Notes under the pieces: generated by a model | Told to the model about the DNA's origin: nothing | Databases searched by the model: none | The model's input: only the letters and a program-made list of their open reading frames with translations | Translations under genes and position numbers: made by a program | Part shown: piece by piece, positions 62,435 through 64,000 of the stretch | Layout of the letters: each line of letters starts with the position of its first letter | How positions within the stretch are numbered: position 1 is the first letter of the stretch | Origin: Proteiniclasticum sp. | Lineage (GTDB): Bacteria; Bacillota; Clostridia; Clostridiales; Clostridiaceae | NCBI RefSeq assembly: GCF_003514505.1 | Contig: NZ_DOPX01000028.1 | Span: forward strand, 11,964 to 75,963 | Direction of reading: 5' to 3' | DNA length: 64,000 bases

Positions 62435-63310
62435 CTATTCCTCTACTGCTTCTTGAAGAAGCTTTTTCACATAGTTTGGCAACGCAAATGCTGCACTGTG
62501 GATTTCTGTGTTATAGTATCCTGTTTCCAGTCCAAGACTGTTCCACCACTCCTCTTTAAGATCTTTCACAGGGTCCAGTGACTTGGATGCAAATCCAAAG
62601 AGCCAGTGACCTGAAGCATAGGTAGGAATGTGCACCTGGTAAACTCTTGCCACTGGAAAAAATTCATGAATTCTCTTATGAGAACGCTTCATGGCTCTCT
62701 GGTACTCTTCATAAAACGGACTCTCATGCTGGTTCACCAAGATTCCATCTTCTGTAAGTGCTTCGTAACAGTTTTTATAGAATTCCCGTGTGAAAAGGCC
62801 TTCTCCCGGACCTATCGGATCCGTGCTGTCCACAATGATGAGATCATATACATTCTTCTTTTCCTGTACGAACTTCAGTCCGTCCTCAAAAAATAGGTGC
62901 ACCCTCTTATCACCCAGTCCGCTGGTGGAGTTTGGAAAATACTCGCGGCAGATATCCACAACCATCTGGTCGATCTCCACCATGTCAATATTTTCCAAAT
63001 GTGCGTATCGGGTAAGCTCGCGAACCGTTCCACCATCCCCGGCACCGATGACAAGGACATTTCTGATCTTGGGATTTGTAGCCATAGGCACGTGGACGAT
63101 CATATCATGATATATGAACTCATCTTTTTCTGTAATCATCACAAGTCCATCTAGTGTAAAAAATCTGCCAAACTCGTTACTTTCAAAGACATCCATTCTC
63201 TGGAAGTCGCTTTGTCCGGAATAGAGCTGCTTTTCCACCTTGATGGAAAACTTCGCCTCTTTGCTGTGGTTTTCTGTATACCAAAGTTCCATGGGAACCT
63301 CCTTAATCAT
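62435..63310 (-). CDS. speE: Polyamine aminopropyltransferase (spermidine synthase)
   Basis: LDG, DEFIYHDM, VIGAGDGG, VEID, DSTDPIGP. Confidence 0.96.
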   Translation of the reverse strand: MIKEVPMELWYTENHSKEAKFSIKVEKQLYSGQSDFQRMDVFESNEFGRFFTLDGLVMITEKDEFIYHDMIVHVPMATNPKIRNVLVIGAGDGGTVRELTRYAHLENIDMVEIDQMVVDICREYFPNSTSGLGDKRVHLFFEDGLKFVQEKKNVYDLIIVDSTDPIGPGEGLFTREFYKNCYEALTEDGILVNQHESPFYEEYQRAMKRSHKRIHEFFPVARVYQVHIPTYASGHWLFGFASKSLDPVKDLKEEWWNSLGLETGYYNTEIHSAAFALPNYVKKLLQEAVEE

Positions 63311-64000
63311 ATATATTTCTTCCGCTGTAGATCTCGATCATTTCTTTTCTGAGGTTGTTGGATATTTCCAAACGTTCCTTGGGCGTGAATTCTCTGATGT
63401 CATTTCTGAAAAGATAGTTTTGGAGATTCAGCTCTTTGATCAGCATCTTCGTATGGAAAATATTAGCGTGATACATATTAATATCATGTGCATCATAAGC
63501 TTCTAAGGTCTTTTCCTTGATATAGTCCTGGATGGACCGGATATCATGATCGATGAAGAATTTTCTGCCGTCTTCATCCCGAGTGAATCCTCTCACCCGA
63601 TAGTCTATGGAAATGATGTCAGAATCAAAGCTTCCGATAAGATAATCCAGTGCATTCAAGGGTGAAATCTTACCACATGTGGATACTTCGATATCCACTC
63701 TAAAACTTGCAATGGATTTATCAGGATGGTACTCCGGATAGGTGTGTACAGTCAGATGACTCTTATCAAGATGCCCCACCACACTGTCACGTTTCTCATA
63801 AAGGCTCAGTCCTAAGTTGCAGGAAGGATCCACATGGCGCTCAGCCAAAGGCTCTTCTGAAATAAGTATTGTTACACTTGCTCCTTGAGGATCATAATCC
63901 TGTTTGGAGATATTAAGTACATTCGCTCCAATCATATCGGTCACATCACAGAGAATTTTAGTAAGTCTCTCCGAATTGTACATCTCATCGATATAGTCCA
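63303..64000 (-). CDS. speD: S-adenosylmethionine decarboxylase proenzyme (start beyond the right edge)
   Basis: QDYDPQGAS, HLDKSHLTVHTYPE (self-cleavage region), STCG, DYRVRGF. The frame stays open to the window end. Confidence 0.95.
   Translation of the reverse strand, partial: DYIDEMYNSERLTKILCDVTDMIGANVLNISKQDYDPQGASVTILISEEPLAERHVDPSCNLGLSLYEKRDSVVGHLDKSHLTVHTYPEYHPDKSIASFRVDIEVSTCGKISPLNALDYLIGSFDSDIISIDYRVRGFTRDEDGRKFFIDHDIRSIQDYIKEKTLEAYDAHDINMYHANIFHTKMLIKELNLQNYLFRNDIREFTPKERLEISNNLRKEMIEIYSGRNIYD

Overview
Bacterial chromosome segment, almost entirely minus-strand. Gene content and order point to a Clostridia-class firmicute, probably Clostridiaceae (inference). The housekeeping backbone in reading direction is speD-speE, bcp, a parvulin PPIase, a tRNA methyltransferase and rsmI, a nuclease-fused DinG/XPD helicase, a large SH3-amidase autolysin, acpS-nnr-alr, two YitT paralogues, ftsE-ftsX-S41 protease-PDZ protein, uvrB-uvrA-FHA-rodA-pbp-uvrC, murB, yvcK-whiA, a DRTGG/CBS protein and dnaE (partial). 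Two accessory carbohydrate loci stand out. (1) 6.1-19.2 kb: a LacI-controlled locus with two different large glucan phosphorylases (one GH161-like, one GH149-like), a cytoplasmic GH30 and a sugar ABC importer, with three matching operator palindromes; a candidate mainly phosphorolytic beta-1,3/1,6-glucan oligosaccharide pathway. (2) 44.4-50.7 kb: an RpiR regulator, PTS EIICB and GH4 6-phospho-alpha-glucosidase directly linked to 6-phosphogluconate dehydrogenase and gluconokinase with no gluconate permease; a candidate pathway for alpha-glucosyl-gluconate (maltobionate-type) sugars. An unannotated 47-aa YvrJ-like ORF shares a 14-bp upstream motif with the DUF1659-DUF2922 pair 13 kb away. No CRISPR array, rRNA, tRNA or transposase was recognised. 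Family assignments come from motif recognition by eye, not database searches.
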